Assembly: GCA_035532075.1 (NCBI GenBank)
Contig: DATKRV010000003.1
Coordinates: forward strand, 9,083-73,082
DNA length: 64,000 bases
Reading direction: 5' to 3'
DNA from: Acidimicrobiales bacterium
Lineage (GTDB): Bacteria; Actinomycetota; Acidimicrobiia; Acidimicrobiales; Bog-793
Made by a program: the position numbers and the translations under genes. Under the pieces are notes generated by a model that saw nothing but the letters and a program-made list of their open reading frames with translations, had not been told where the DNA came from and searched no databases. This document shows positions 1 through 10,306 of the stretch, in pieces (the first letter of the stretch is position 1; each line of letters opens with the position of its first letter).

Positions 1-123
1 GAGATTGTGCGCTGCGATCGTCTCCTCGAAACGGACCAACACCTCGGTGTGGTGTGCGAGCGAGACCCGATGCAGCTCGACAAAATCACGGGTCTCATCG
101 ATGCGCGTCGCGAACTCCGACAT
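1..123 (-). CDS. partial CDS (N-terminal 41 codons, continues past the window start); paralogue of the coiled-coil SAM-methyltransferase at 13635..14990
   Basis: The reverse-strand ATG at 123 gives MSEFATRIDETRDFVELHRVSLAHHTEVLVRFEETIAAHNL. This resembles ...HFVRQHMDSLAHHTEVFARLEATLARHEAAL in the 13635..14990 product. An AT-rich stretch lies upstream (124..200). Confidence 0.35.
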   Translation of the reverse strand, partial: MSEFATRIDETRDFVELHRVSLAHHTEVLVRFEETIAAHNL

Positions 124-427
124 CTCTTTGACGATTAAATTGTTGAAATGTATTTGATGTCGAAGCACAGGCCAAGCGAACTTCGCGATCATCTTCTTTA
201 TAATGCGTAGACGACTCCCTTGTGCGGGGGGCAATCCAAGATCAGCATCTTCTTTGGCAAGAGACAATGCCCGGTTCCTCCCTTGGTTCGAGTATCCGAG
301 TAGCAAATGTAGCTTTCGCACGAGAAAGTTTCCGCAGTGCAGCTATTGGGCCACTCTCGCAGAGGTTGCCGGCGCTGTCCTTGTGGGTGATAATTGAGCG
401 GCGTCTGTGGAAGTCGATGCCGACGTC

Positions 428-766
428 ATGTTGTGGTTCTACGGGATCTCTCTCACTCCTTTGTCGTGTGGCGTTGTTTTAGCGAACGCCGAGCGCTGCA
501 CTATTCGACATCTGACGGTCAGGAGAGATCCCATTCTTCTTTGCCGACCGGGTCATCGCGAACCCTTGCTGAACCGGGTTGAATCCGGCAATGAGGTCGT
601 TGTGATTGATCATGGTCGTGAGGTTGCGAGGGTCCGTCCGATTGAGAACAATGGACGGAAGTCAAGTGCGCTTGATCGACTCGTAGTGGAACGACTTGCA
701 ACTGCACCGCTGAGGGCGCGCGTCGACCTCTTCCCGCGAGAGGCATCTCAGTCACGGACCCGGTGA
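428..766 (+). CDS. Phd/YefM-type antitoxin-like protein (N-terminus uncertain)
   Basis: The core ...LLNRVESGNEVVVIDHGREVARVRPIE... is typical of Phd/YefM-type antitoxins. The first in-frame ATG is at 428. A PIN-like remnant follows immediately. Confidence 0.4.
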   Translation: MLWFYGISLTPLSCGVVLANAERCTIRHLTVRRDPILLCRPGHREPLLNRVESGNEVVVIDHGREVARVRPIENNGRKSSALDRLVVERLATAPLRARVDLFPREASQSRTR

Positions 767-791
767 GTCCGTTTGTCTCCAAGCAACGAGG

Positions 792-1003
792 GTAACGACC
801 GCCTTTTTCGACACCTCGGCGATCATCTTTCTGATTATTGAAGGGCTTGGTTCCAACGAGGCTAAAAGCTCTGGCGCGAGGCGGATCACATCACCAGCGC
901 GAGAGCCGTCTACGCCAAGGGGCACGCGGCGCTGGTCCTTGCGGGCCTGGTCGGTCGCGCCCAAGTTGCTGCCAGGGAGGGGCATTTACCCCACCCTTTT
1001 TAG
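792..1003 (+). pseudogene. VapC/PIN-domain toxin remnant, frameshifted and truncated
   Basis: One frame reads VTTAFFDTSAIIFLIIEGLGSNEAK, a PIN N-terminal D-T-S motif. The sense continues in another frame as ADHITSARAVYAKGHAALVLAGLVGRAQVAAREG. The remnant ends where the convergent methyltransferase gene ends. Confidence 0.25.
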
Positions 1004-2119
1004 CCACAGCGCCCCGCCGGTGTTCTCGAGCATTGCTGGAAGCTCGGCTGCGATGACCTCGCGATGGCACTCGGCGAGATAGTGATTGAACAGCACAATC
1101 TCGTAGGAGTTGTTGAAGAGCAGGAAGGCGTGAACAAGGTAACACTCGTTCCAGGCCCTGCCCTCCTTGATCCAATGCTGCAGGTACTCGAACGGCCAGA
1201 ACATATCGTGTACGTGCACGTACACGCCCGGCGCAAGGATAGGAAGGATGGTCGTAAAGAGAAAGTGCACGTCGCTCGCGACCTTGAGAACATGCGAGGA
1301 GTCGATGAAGAACACGTCATTCGCCTCGAGCTCAGTAAAGCGCGACAGCGGCACCGACTGTACCGGCTGGGCGAGTACCTCCACAGGATCGCCCTCGCGC
1401 AGGCAGTTGTCGAGCAGATCGGGGTAGGGCTCGATCGCCGTGACCGACATCGAGCCCTCTAGGAACTGCTCGCTCGTGTCGAGCGCGAGCGCAGTGCTCC
1501 AGCCGCTGCCCACCTCGAGGTAACGTCGGGGATGCAGGCGGCGCAACATCGCCTGAAGCGTCGCTGCGTCCCCGATGCCGTAGTTCAGGTTGTCGGTGCC
1601 ATATCGAGCCGACGCGTTGGGAGACGCGGGGATCGGGGCCTCTCGTGCGAGGTGTGCGAGCTCTCGAAAGCACGCGAGCTGCTCTTTCTCTCGCAGATCA
1701 ATACCCGGCAGCGTCGTGCGCATGACGAAGAGACGCTCCGCCTCTCGTTCGATCTCCTCGAGGTCGGGTACCGGTGAGTAGAAGTGGCCCGGTTCTGCCC
1801 AGGTGACGAAGGGTACGACTGAGGCCGGCACTGACAACCCGAAAGAGGGAGCAGGCCCGACCACTCCGGCCGGCCGTGAGTCCGTCAGTCGTGAGGGTGG
1901 GCCCGCCTTCTCAGCTGTATCGCTGTGAGATACCGCGGGGATCGACTCTTGCGACAGGCCTTCCGCAGGGAGTCGAGTGAGTTCGCCGGATACTGCGGGG
2001 ATCTCCTCGCTGAGCTCGATGCGCTGGTCTCGCGGATCGATCGGTTGAACGGTCCTGACGATCCGCCATTTTGCGAGCCGCGTCGCGGCGCGCACGATTC
2101 GCTCCCAGATCCAAGTCAA
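986..2119 (-). CDS. class I SAM-dependent methyltransferase (start uncertain, low-complexity N-terminal third)
   Basis: The 377-aa ORF contains GHFYSPVPDLEEIE and YLEVGSGWSTALALD (SAM motif I-like), followed by DVFFIDSSHVLKVASDV. Confidence 0.7.
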   Translation of the reverse strand: MTWIWERIVRAATRLAKWRIVRTVQPIDPRDQRIELSEEIPAVSGELTRLPAEGLSQESIPAVSHSDTAEKAGPPSRLTDSRPAGVVGPAPSFGLSVPASVVPFVTWAEPGHFYSPVPDLEEIEREAERLFVMRTTLPGIDLREKEQLACFRELAHLAREAPIPASPNASARYGTDNLNYGIGDAATLQAMLRRLHPRRYLEVGSGWSTALALDTSEQFLEGSMSVTAIEPYPDLLDNCLREGDPVEVLAQPVQSVPLSRFTELEANDVFFIDSSHVLKVASDVHFLFTTILPILAPGVYVHVHDMFWPFEYLQHWIKEGRAWNECYLVHAFLLFNNSYEIVLFNHYLAECHREVIAAELPAMLENTGGALWLKRVG

Positions 2120-2279
2120 CTTGTGAACTGGTCTGGCCAGATACCATCGTTGAACACTCTCTGCCTCCTTGAACGGTGGTGTGTGACCCGTGGCCGTCTT
2201 CTACGAAGCGTGTCCACAAGAACTTGATCGTGCATTGACTGAACCGGACTGGGATTGCCGGTTGCCGAGCTTGGTTCTC

Positions 2280-2465
2280 TCAAGCCGCGTTGGCCTGAGG
2301 TTGGTCACGATACTCGGCCTCGACCTCCTTGGGAGTGTGATATCCGAGTTCAGCGTGCAGGCCTCTTGGTAGAACCAGGGCACCCATGCACACATAGCAA
2401 TTTCAAGATCTTCGTGAACCGGCCCAGGTTACTGATCTTTCGGAAAGACGTTGAGGTAATTACAT
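2280..2465 (-). pseudogene. IS3-family-like transposase (integrase core) C-terminal remnant
   Basis: Reverse-strand frames give DLEIAMCAWVPWFYQ, then after a frameshift RGLHAELGYHTPKEVEAEYRDQPQANAA*. This is the W-x-YN-x-x-R-x-H-x-x-LGY-x-TP tail of DDE integrases. There is no N-terminal part. Confidence 0.45.
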
Positions 2466-2497
2466 TGTTATCCTAGGTCTACGGTTTGGCACCACCA

Positions 2498-3046
2498 TCA
2501 GTTGCACGAGTTTCGCTCATAGGCGATCGCGATGACGTCGAACAACAGCTCCGCTCCGACCTTGGAGGCGGGCTCGAAGTCGAGCTCGTCGAGAACCAAC
2601 AGGTCGAGTTTCGACAGCTGTGATTTCAGTCGCAAAAATGTCCGTTCGTCTCTTGTCTCGATGAGTGTCGCGACAAGCTCTGTTGCCCGAAAGAATCGCA
2701 ATTTGTAGCCACGGCTGCACGCCCCAGCGGCGAGCAAGGTCGCGAGACGGGACTTGCCGGTGCCCGATTTGGCGACGAGCGGGAAGTTCTCGCGTTGGTC
2801 GCTGAGCTCGCAGCCCTCGATCGCCACCATCGTCGGGAATCGGGCGCTTTGAGGCGTCGCTCAGCGTGCGTTTCTCGCGATCGATCAGTTCGAGCTCGCG
2901 GAGCTGTAATAGATAAGTGAGATGATCGGTGTTGTCTGCTGCTGCTTGCGCGGCCACCTTCTCTGCTTCGCGCGAATGGTCATAAGGCGCAGCGCCTTCA
3001 GGTGGTGGCGCAACAAAACGAGGGACTTGGTATCGAGGCTCTCCAT
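2498..3046 (-). pseudogene. istB: IS21 helper ATPase IstB, split over three frames and C-terminally truncated
   Basis: Three pieces lie in three frames: MESLDTKSLVLLRHHLKALRLMTIR, then EAEKVAAQAAADNTDHLTYLLQLRELELIDREKRTLSDASKRP, then ...LVAKSGTGKSRLATLLAAGA...LDLLVLDELDF...AYERNSCN*. Walker A and B motifs are present. The last part of IstB is absent. Confidence 0.75.
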
Positions 3047-4544
3047 GGTTATGTTCCTTTTTCGATGAGCGACGAGCGGCCGATAGGCGCTGAGGTCGGG
3101 CGTTTCGATAACAACCGACTTGAGGTGCGGGTGGCCATCCAGGCCGAAAAGGCCAATGGGTCGCGTTTTTTGGTGACACACGATGAGGCCAGTCGCGTCA
3201 GTGCTTATCGCCCCGATCGCAAGCGCCACTTCAACCGCTGCGGTGAGCTCGGAAAGGCTTGCTCGCTCGATCAGCCGCGGTACCTTGATGAACTCGCGCG
3301 TGCCTGCCGAACCGAGACCGGCCTCAAGGCGCCAGCGCATGAGTGCGAAGCTGGGTGGCAGCGCCAGCTGCTCGAGTGGTCGGGCGAAGTCAAGGGCGCC
3401 CGATTTTCGTTCAAGGAGTGCCAGACAGTGGCGGGGGTCATAGGTGGTGTGCTCCTTTCCCCAGTGACGGCGGTGGGCGGTGACGAGCTCGGTGCCACAA
3501 GAGAAGGCAATCTTCTCCACTCCGCCCATCACGGTCACCCCGTGATGGGCATACGCGGTTGGCACCGAGTGATCGTTGGCATCAAAGCACACGAGCGATT
3601 GCGACTTGGCCCGGCGGGCTTCGACGCGTCTTGGTTCGAATGACACTCCTGGCAGTGGACGCATCGCGTCGAGGTCTTCATTCAGGCGCTCGACCTTCGT
3701 TGTGACATTGCCCCGGGTGCGCCGATCAAGATCGGTGACACAATGTGCCTCCAGGTGGGTGTTCAACTCGCCGAAGGTGGCAAAAGACGGCCCGGGAACG
3801 GGGAAGTTCCGTCGTCCATGGTCGACGGGGTTCTTGACGTGGCCCTTCTCGTTGCCCCGCGCGACGCGACAGAATCGATGAGTGAACAGGAGGTGGCTCT
3901 CCAAGGGGAGAAACGCACGGGTGAGGCTTCGCTCGGTCGGACCGACGATCTTGGCGACCGCGATGGAGGTGTTGTCATAGACGGTCTTGGTGGGCACGCA
4001 ACCAAAGAATGAGAACGCGGCGACGTGTCTGGTCTGGAAGGTCTCGGTGCACTCGCGGAGATAGGCAGAGACAAAGAACGCATCCGAATATGGCAGCGTC
4101 ATCATCGCGAGTGCGGCCTTCACGCGCACACCATCGATCTCGACCGCTGCCTCACTGAAGTCGAACTGGGCCTCTGCTGGTGGTTGCGAGAGTGGCGCAA
4201 AGACTTCGGCGAAGGTCCGTCGATGGCTAGCGACATAACGTCGCACCGTGATCTCGCTGCCCAAATAGCTCTGATCGTCTCTCAGGCGATCGAAGATCCG
4301 CCTTGCGGTGTGACGTTGTTTTACCGGGGTTTGCCTGTCGTTCTCCAGGGATCGCATCGATGGTACCCATGAAGGGCCCGAACTTGATCGTGGGTCGCGC
4401 GATCTGCTGGCGATAGCCGGGGGATTCGGGGTGGGCGAGGATCTTATTGAGAACATCTCAGCCAAACCGGTATTCCGCTCGGACTGATCGCTTCGAGGCG
4501 ACCTCCACGAGCACCTTGTGGTGGATCTCATTCCACATTTCCAT
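3047..4544 (-). pseudogene. istA: IS21 transposase IstA, frameshifted near the N-terminus
   Basis: The ATG at 4544 gives MEMWNEIHHKVLVEVASKRSVRAEYRFG*. The sense then continues in other frames (GWDVLNKILAHPESPGYRQQIARPTIKFGPFMGTIDAI, then ENDRQTPVKQRHTARRIF...). The long 548-aa ORF (2885..4531) covers the DDE body and runs on into istB. Confidence 0.75.
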
Positions 4545-4996
4545 ATCGGTGTTCACCGTTCTCCCAATTGCTCGTCCCGCCTAGGCAATGAGCTTGGAGG
4601 TCGGGTCGAGCAATGATGGGGATGGTCAGATGCACCCGTTTTCGATGATCGTTCACGCTTTCGCTGTCGCGGAAGGCTATGAGCTCCAGGCTGCAAACAT
4701 CAAAACAGAAGAGTGAGAGGGGACTGTTTCGTAAGGGCTACCCTGCATCGATAGGGTTCTCATTGCAAGATCTTCGGGAGCGATCATCGATGCAGTGATG
4801 GGCGCGTGCAGGTATCTCCATCACCTGCGGGCATCTTGGGGTACCCGGTGTCGCAGTGCCCATGGTGTCAACGGTATGGACTGAAGGGTTCAGTTTCACC
4901 GTTCGAAGGTAGCTGCCATCCGCCATTACTGATGGCAACGCATCTTTGTTGTCTGAGATGCCAATGTGATAGGGCGAATACCATTATTTTAATTAC

Positions 4997-6178
4997 GTGT
5001 TCACCTCTCGTTCCACGGATGTTGTCCTCACGCCCTACTGTGCCTCTATGCTCTCGGAGTTCGCCACCTACTTGCGGCGGGTTGATCCGAAGTTGGACCG
5101 TTGGGAGACCGTGGTGTCAGGAGAACCCGATTATCACGTTCTGGTGGATGCGGCGCTAGCGGTTATGGTCGGTTCGCGCGGAAGACGGGTATTGCGCCAG
5201 GTACGCGAACGCACCGGGTTGCATTCAAGACTTTCAGGAGCGGTTGTAGGTGACCCACAGTTTGACATCTTGATACCCATCACATTGTTTGACCGTTGGG
5301 ATCTGGCTTCGCTTGAGCCGAGGCCCCCATCTTTTGATGTGCTGGCTGTTGTGACTACATACAACGAAGTCGATATCATCGAACAGCTGCTCTCGAGATT
5401 GACGCGCGATGGGATCCGTGTGCACGTGATCGACAACTGGTCGACGGATGCGACGCCCGACCTTGTCGGAAAGTTCGTTGCAGATGGCGCGGTCACGTGG
5501 GAGCGATTTCCATCCGCTGGAACAACGGGGTATTTTGAGCTCGAACGCCTGTTGCAACGCGTCGAGCAGGTCGCGGCCGATTCGGGAGCCGACTGGGTGA
5601 TTCATCACGATGCAGATGAGATCCGTGAGCCACCTTGGCCAGGAGTTGCACTCATCGATGCTCTCTGGGCGATTGAACAGTGGGGGTACAACTGCATCGA
5701 CCATACGGTGCTGAATTTCCGCCCCGTGGACAACTCGTGGTCGCCAGGTGCTGACCTCGAGCGGTCATTCACGTGGTGCGAGTTCGGCGATACTCCTGCT
5801 GATTTCCTCCAGATCAAGGCCTGGAAGCCTCAACCGACCGGGGTAACCATGGCCCGATCAGCTGGCCACGAGGTAAGGTTCAAGGGGCGCCGAGTCTTCC
5901 CATACAAGTTTCTCATGCGCCATTACCCGATTCGTTCGCAGGAACACGGCGAGCAGAAGATACTGCGCGATCGCAAGCCGCGTTGGAGTCCCGATGAACG
6001 CGCCAAGGGATGGCACGTGCACTATGACCATTACAATGAGCACACGTCGTTCCTGTGGAATGCGAAAGACCTACTGAGTTGGAGCGAAATCGACCGGCGG
6101 TATTTTCTCCAGCGCCTCAGTGGGGTGGGTATGGCGAACAACCCATGGCATGGTGAAGGAGTAATTGTCGACGCCTGA
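4997..6178 (+). CDS. glycosyltransferase family 2-like (GT-A fold)
   Basis: Contains DVLAVVTTYNEVDIIEQLLSRLTRDGIRVHVIDNWSTDATPDLV and a DxD-like IHHDADEI. Confidence 0.75.
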   Translation: MFTSRSTDVVLTPYCASMLSEFATYLRRVDPKLDRWETVVSGEPDYHVLVDAALAVMVGSRGRRVLRQVRERTGLHSRLSGAVVGDPQFDILIPITLFDRWDLASLEPRPPSFDVLAVVTTYNEVDIIEQLLSRLTRDGIRVHVIDNWSTDATPDLVGKFVADGAVTWERFPSAGTTGYFELERLLQRVEQVAADSGADWVIHHDADEIREPPWPGVALIDALWAIEQWGYNCIDHTVLNFRPVDNSWSPGADLERSFTWCEFGDTPADFLQIKAWKPQPTGVTMARSAGHEVRFKGRRVFPYKFLMRHYPIRSQEHGEQKILRDRKPRWSPDERAKGWHVHYDHYNEHTSFLWNAKDLLSWSEIDRRYFLQRLSGVGMANNPWHGEGVIVDA

Positions 6179-6594
6179 TCTTTTGATGCGAACTTATCTC
6201 AAATCGAGTCTTCGAGCGTTCCCGGGATCGACCGCATGACGAACGGCGATAGGCAATCATTCCAACCGTCTACCCACGTTGTGGGCTTTACGGTGTTGGT
6301 GGGCAATGAAAGGGCAATCGGTCAATCGTGATGTGAAGCGATCGCCAAGCACCCGAGCCTCGGCATCCAACAGTGCCTGTCGCTGCCGCTCGTTCAACTG
6401 GGGCCACTACAATTCGATCCGCTGGCCCACCGCCCCAGGTGTCACCGCCTAGATCGACACCCTTTAAGACGACCGGGCGAGAGTAATCAGATCATGTCAT
6501 GCATTGGTCAGCCCCGACGCGCGCGATCGATCACCAGGGTATTCTCAATTGAATCTCGCGTACGAGGAGACATTCTACTGGTTGTGAGCAGCAC

Positions 6595-7563
6595 TCATGA
6601 ACGATTCACCGGAAGCCGCCTGGCAGTGACTCCGTATCGTCCAAAACGTGCGCCACCGACTTTGTGATTGCGATCTTCTGCGGTCGCAACGATGAGAAAT
6701 CCGGATTTGGTAAGCAGACGCTGGACGGATGTGCCTGAGAAGTAGTTGATATGTTCTGACTGTTTGATGACGCCCCAACGCGGTATTTTTGTGCGATATT
6801 GGCGACTTACTCCTGTGATGAAGTCGCGCATGATGAAGATCAACTTGTGGGAGGGATATCGCCTCACTCGATCGCGGTAAGGCTTCTTGGCGAGTGATGA
6901 GTGCGTTACGAATCGGTCCATTGGGACTTCCACATAGAGGATGCCGTCTTCGGACATGACCCCGTGAAGGTCTTGCAGGGTTTGAACAGGGTCGGTCAAA
7001 TGTTCGAGGACGTGGGATACGATCACGAGGTCGACCCGCTTATCTCCGAGATCACCCAGCGAGTTAATCCGTTCAACCCCGTCGTGTAACGGGTGTTCAG
7101 AGAGGTCTAGAACAATACGCCTGTTGATCTGGATGTCAGGGAAGAATTGACCTTCGTCACCTCCAAAGTCCACCGCGCAGTTGATCTCTTTCGGTAGGGC
7201 ATCTTCAAGCGTAAGGTTCATGAACTTTTTGCGATCAATTCTGGACTTTTCTACGGACGTTGCATCATTGATTCTTTCGGAGTACCAGGGCTCCCAGGAT
7301 CGTCGAAGGCGCAGGTACTCCGGAGATCTGTACGCCGAATAAATCGAGGAAAGTTCCTTTGGACCATATCGAATGGAGAAGAACTGAAAATCACAGGCGC
7401 TGCAGCAGAGTAACTCTGTGACTTGATCCCGAGGCATGTGGGAACACTCGGAGATGAACGGAGCAATCACCCCGTACCCAAATAGCTCAGTATCTCCAGC
7501 ACAAATTGGACAGACTCGCACAATGAAATGAGTGGATTCGTACAAGTGGACTACTCCTCGCAA
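6595..7563 (-). CDS. class I SAM-dependent methyltransferase with N-terminal Cys4 zinc-ribbon
   Basis: The N-terminus has CPICAGD...CCSACDF. The body has VDFGGDEGQF and VDLVIVSHVLEHLTDPVQTLQDLHGVMSEDGILYVEVP. Confidence 0.75.
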   Translation of the reverse strand: MRGVVHLYESTHFIVRVCPICAGDTELFGYGVIAPFISECSHMPRDQVTELLCCSACDFQFFSIRYGPKELSSIYSAYRSPEYLRLRRSWEPWYSERINDATSVEKSRIDRKKFMNLTLEDALPKEINCAVDFGGDEGQFFPDIQINRRIVLDLSEHPLHDGVERINSLGDLGDKRVDLVIVSHVLEHLTDPVQTLQDLHGVMSEDGILYVEVPMDRFVTHSSLAKKPYRDRVRRYPSHKLIFIMRDFITGVSRQYRTKIPRWGVIKQSEHINYFSGTSVQRLLTKSGFLIVATAEDRNHKVGGARFGRYGVTARRLPVNRS

Positions 7564-8017
7564 TGCCTTGCATTGGGGTGACGACGTGCAAGGGAACAGA
7601 TGGCTAGGTGGACGGGATTTGAGTCAGCCACCCTAAAGAGTGTACGCGGTCACGCCCATGAAAACATTGGTGTTGGCGTCCGGATTGCGCTGCACAGCCA
7701 CAACAAAAGACTAACTGCTCGATCCGAGCCGACCATACATGTCAATCGGCACGGAAGCGCACGATCCGGCTCCGAAATGCCGACGCGCCTCTGCGCTCTC
7801 CGTCCGTTCGTCCAGGGCCAAAGGTCGTCCCGTCTCTCGTCGGGGGCAATGAACGGAGTCTTTCGACGACTGCGCATTTCAGCTGAAGAGCGACTTGAGA
7901 ACCTGCTGAATTTCAACGCCGGTCGACCGAAACTTGCCGCGACAGAATCATCAACGGTTGGGGATCGTCAATTGTCGTGGACGGCGACCCGAAGAACCCC
8001 GGTGCTAGCTTGGGTGG

Positions 8018-10306
8018 GTGATTGGGGACCCCGGGAGGTCGGGAGCATTGGAAAAGCCACGGATCTCGCTCTGTTGCATCACCGGCGGCCCTCTCCACCA
8101 GGTGGCAGCCATTCTCAAGCTCTACCGACCGGTCGTCGACGAGATCGTCGTAGCGCTGAATGGCCGTTTCACAAAAGGAGAACTCAGGCCGCTCGCCGGG
8201 CTCGCTGACCGCGTGCTGCCCTGTGAGATGCGCGAGGACTTCTTGCAAGAGCGCTACCGCGCATGGCTCTATGGCCAGTGCCGGGGGGAATTCATCTGCA
8301 CCGTCGACACCGACGAGGTGCCCAGTTCCGCGCTGCTCGCAGCGCTTCCCGAGCTTGCCGCTGCGCGAGACGTCGTGACCTATCTCACCTCCTGCAGATG
8401 GTGTTATCCCGACCTTGCACACTGGCTGGATGAGTACCCATGGGAGCCTTCGTGGAAGATGATCCTCGTCCGCAACGACCCCGCCACTCTTCACATCAAA
8501 GGTGGCGTGCACGAGGGCGTGATGGCCGTTGCGCCTTACAGTTTCCTCGAGCTGCCCGTGTACCACATCAGCGACGTGACAATGTCGCTCCCAGCGCGCG
8601 AGCGCAAGATCGCCTTTTATGACGGGTTGGATGGCAACCAGCTGCTCGAAGACGGTCGTTCGGTGAGCGAGGTGTTCTACCTCCCCGAGCGTTTTGCCCG
8701 CTACCCACCGGCCGATATCCCGCCAGAGGATCTCGCACTCATCGACCAGGTGGCAGGCGCGGACACCGCCAGCGACAGAGTGCTAGAGCGCGAATCGGTC
8801 AACGATGAACCTGGTGAGCTGCTCCCGGGCACGTTCGCCTACGAGGCGATCCTCGCCTCATGGCCCGAGCGTCCGCTTCCCAACGGTGCCTACCAGGCTC
8901 GGATTGAGCTACGGCGGGGCCGTACCCTCGAGCGCGAGACGACGGAGTTGCGGCCCGGTGAGTTGCGCCCAATGATGGTCCGCATCGAGAATTGCGGGGA
9001 CTCCACCTGGCTCCGCGAGGCCCGTAACCGCATCTCGCTCGCCTCGCGCTTTTTCACAATCGGAACTGCGGGGGGCCGCGGACAACTCGTCCGCGAGTGC
9101 AGGCGCTTCCCCTTTCCTGCCGATCTCCACCCCGGCCAAACAAGGCTGTTCCCATTCGAGATCGAGGCGCCCGAAGAGCCAGGTGAGTACCTCCTCGTCG
9201 TGGACCTCGTCGAGGAGTATGTCCGCTGGTTCGAATCCGGTCTTGAGCTACTCGTGCGCGTCTCCCCCGTGGAACCCGCGAGGAGGGGCCTCGAAGGGGT
9301 GAGTAGCACCACCGACTACTTATCTCGTGGGGAGATTGTTCCCCACATCAATGCCGAGCCACGCGGGGGGCTGGCTTCGGTCTTTGTGCAATCTGGCATG
9401 CCAGGTTCTGTGCGGATCCAAACTGTCCTGTACTGTCCATCGGCAGAGAGCCTCGCCCGCTACCTGCGCGCCACCGCTCAGCTGGTCCGCACCACCACCA
9501 GTGCACGCCCCGAGCTCCTCGTCGAGATCGCACTTGGCGATAACTCGCCGTCGACGACCTTTCGGCAAGATGAGGTTGACCAGCTCCGCTCGTCGTTCAA
9601 GGAGACCGGGCTGCATGCGCTCACCTTTGAACACTTTGACGACAACCTCGGCCATGGAGGCGCCCAAAACCGTCTGCTCGACGATGCGCGTGGCGCCGAC
9701 CTCATCCTCATCCTCAACCCCGATACCTGTGCCTCACCCAACTTGCTCCTCGAACTCCTCAAGGCGATGACGGGCTCGGTCGGTATCGTGGAGGGTCGTC
9801 AGTTGCCCCTCGAGCACCAGAAGGCCTACGACCCCGCGACCGGAGACACAGGCTGGGCATCGGGAGCGTGTTCGCTCGTGCGTCGCGAGGTCTTCGAGGC
9901 AACCGGCGGCTATGACGCCGATGCGTTTTTTCTCTACTGTGACGACGTCGACCTCTCCTGGCGGGCCCGGCTCGCCGGATACCGGGTCGTCTACCAGTCA
10001 AGTGCGGTCTGTTTCCACGACAAGAGGCTCTCTGCCGAGGCCAAGGAGCAGCCGGGCGACACGGAGATCTACTACTCCGGGCTCGCCGCGCTCCTGCTCG
10101 CGACGAAGTACTCGCGCGTCGATCTCGTACAGGCGCAGCTGCGCGATCTCTCGAACTCGCCCATCCCGGTCCATGCCGAGATCGTCAAGGCCTTCACGCG
10201 TCGCCAACGCGAGGGAAACCTGCCGACGCCGCTCGACTGCGACAAAAGGGTGGCTGACTTCTCCACCTATGCCTACGCGTCCCTGCGCTTCGACTATGAC
10301 CGCTGA
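8018..10306 (+). CDS. large multidomain glycosyltransferase (N-terminal GT-A-like module, central beta-sandwich-like module, C-terminal GT2 module)
   Basis: This is a 762-aa ORF. The N-terminus reads ISLCCITGGPLHQVAAILKLYRPVVDEIVVALNG...CTVDTDEV. The middle reads LRPGELRPMMVRIENCGDSTW...HPGQTRLFPFEIEAPEEPGEYLLVVDLVEEYVRWF. The C-terminus reads LILILNPDT...GACSLVRREVFEATGGYD...FFLYCDDVDLSWRARLAGYRV. Confidence 0.75.
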   Translation: MIGDPGRSGALEKPRISLCCITGGPLHQVAAILKLYRPVVDEIVVALNGRFTKGELRPLAGLADRVLPCEMREDFLQERYRAWLYGQCRGEFICTVDTDEVPSSALLAALPELAAARDVVTYLTSCRWCYPDLAHWLDEYPWEPSWKMILVRNDPATLHIKGGVHEGVMAVAPYSFLELPVYHISDVTMSLPARERKIAFYDGLDGNQLLEDGRSVSEVFYLPERFARYPPADIPPEDLALIDQVAGADTASDRVLERESVNDEPGELLPGTFAYEAILASWPERPLPNGAYQARIELRRGRTLERETTELRPGELRPMMVRIENCGDSTWLREARNRISLASRFFTIGTAGGRGQLVRECRRFPFPADLHPGQTRLFPFEIEAPEEPGEYLLVVDLVEEYVRWFESGLELLVRVSPVEPARRGLEGVSSTTDYLSRGEIVPHINAEPRGGLASVFVQSGMPGSVRIQTVLYCPSAESLARYLRATAQLVRTTTSARPELLVEIALGDNSPSTTFRQDEVDQLRSSFKETGLHALTFEHFDDNLGHGGAQNRLLDDARGADLILILNPDTCASPNLLLELLKAMTGSVGIVEGRQLPLEHQKAYDPATGDTGWASGACSLVRREVFEATGGYDADAFFLYCDDVDLSWRARLAGYRVVYQSSAVCFHDKRLSAEAKEQPGDTEIYYSGLAALLLATKYSRVDLVQAQLRDLSNSPIPVHAEIVKAFTRRQREGNLPTPLDCDKRVADFSTYAYASLRFDYDR

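Larger units (their letters stand above)
2498..4544 (-). mobile_element. IS21-family element, decayed (istA and istB both frameshifted, istB 3' end missing)
   Basis: It has adjacent istA-like and istB-like reading frames on the minus strand. No terminal inverted repeats could be defined by eye. Confidence 0.8.

Noticed and set aside
1700-2119. An internal peptide repeat (EEIPAVSGE... / ESIPAVSHS...) in the N-terminal region of the 986..2119 methyltransferase
   Set aside because: It is only a short, imperfect similarity in a low-complexity segment that may lie upstream of the true start. It is not convincing as a repeat domain.
2885-4531. A 548-aa ORF that could be called an intact IS21 transposase
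   Set aside because: Its first ~60 residues are out-of-frame nonsense, and the true IstA N-terminus is in other frames starting at 4544. Its last ~50 residues read through into istB. I called it a pseudogene.
6290-6460. A possible integrase/transposase tail (plus-strand ...SFNWGHYNSIRWPTAPGVTA*)
   Set aside because: The match to the YN-x-x-RPH-x-x-LG-x-x-TP tail is weak. The opposite strand gives an equally word-like translation. I could not decide without a database search.
7600-8208. A 202-aa ORF in the gap between the 6595..7563 gene and the 8018 gene
   Set aside because: It is Arg/Ser-rich with no motifs and overlaps the start of the large GT gene. It is most likely non-coding promoter region.
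9912-10295. An N-terminal extension of the MT-GT fusion ORF (the track gives 716 aa)
   Set aside because: It lies inside the 3' end of the 8018..10306 gene in another frame and is Ser/Arg/Pro/Thr-rich. The ATG at 10296 gives a sensible start.
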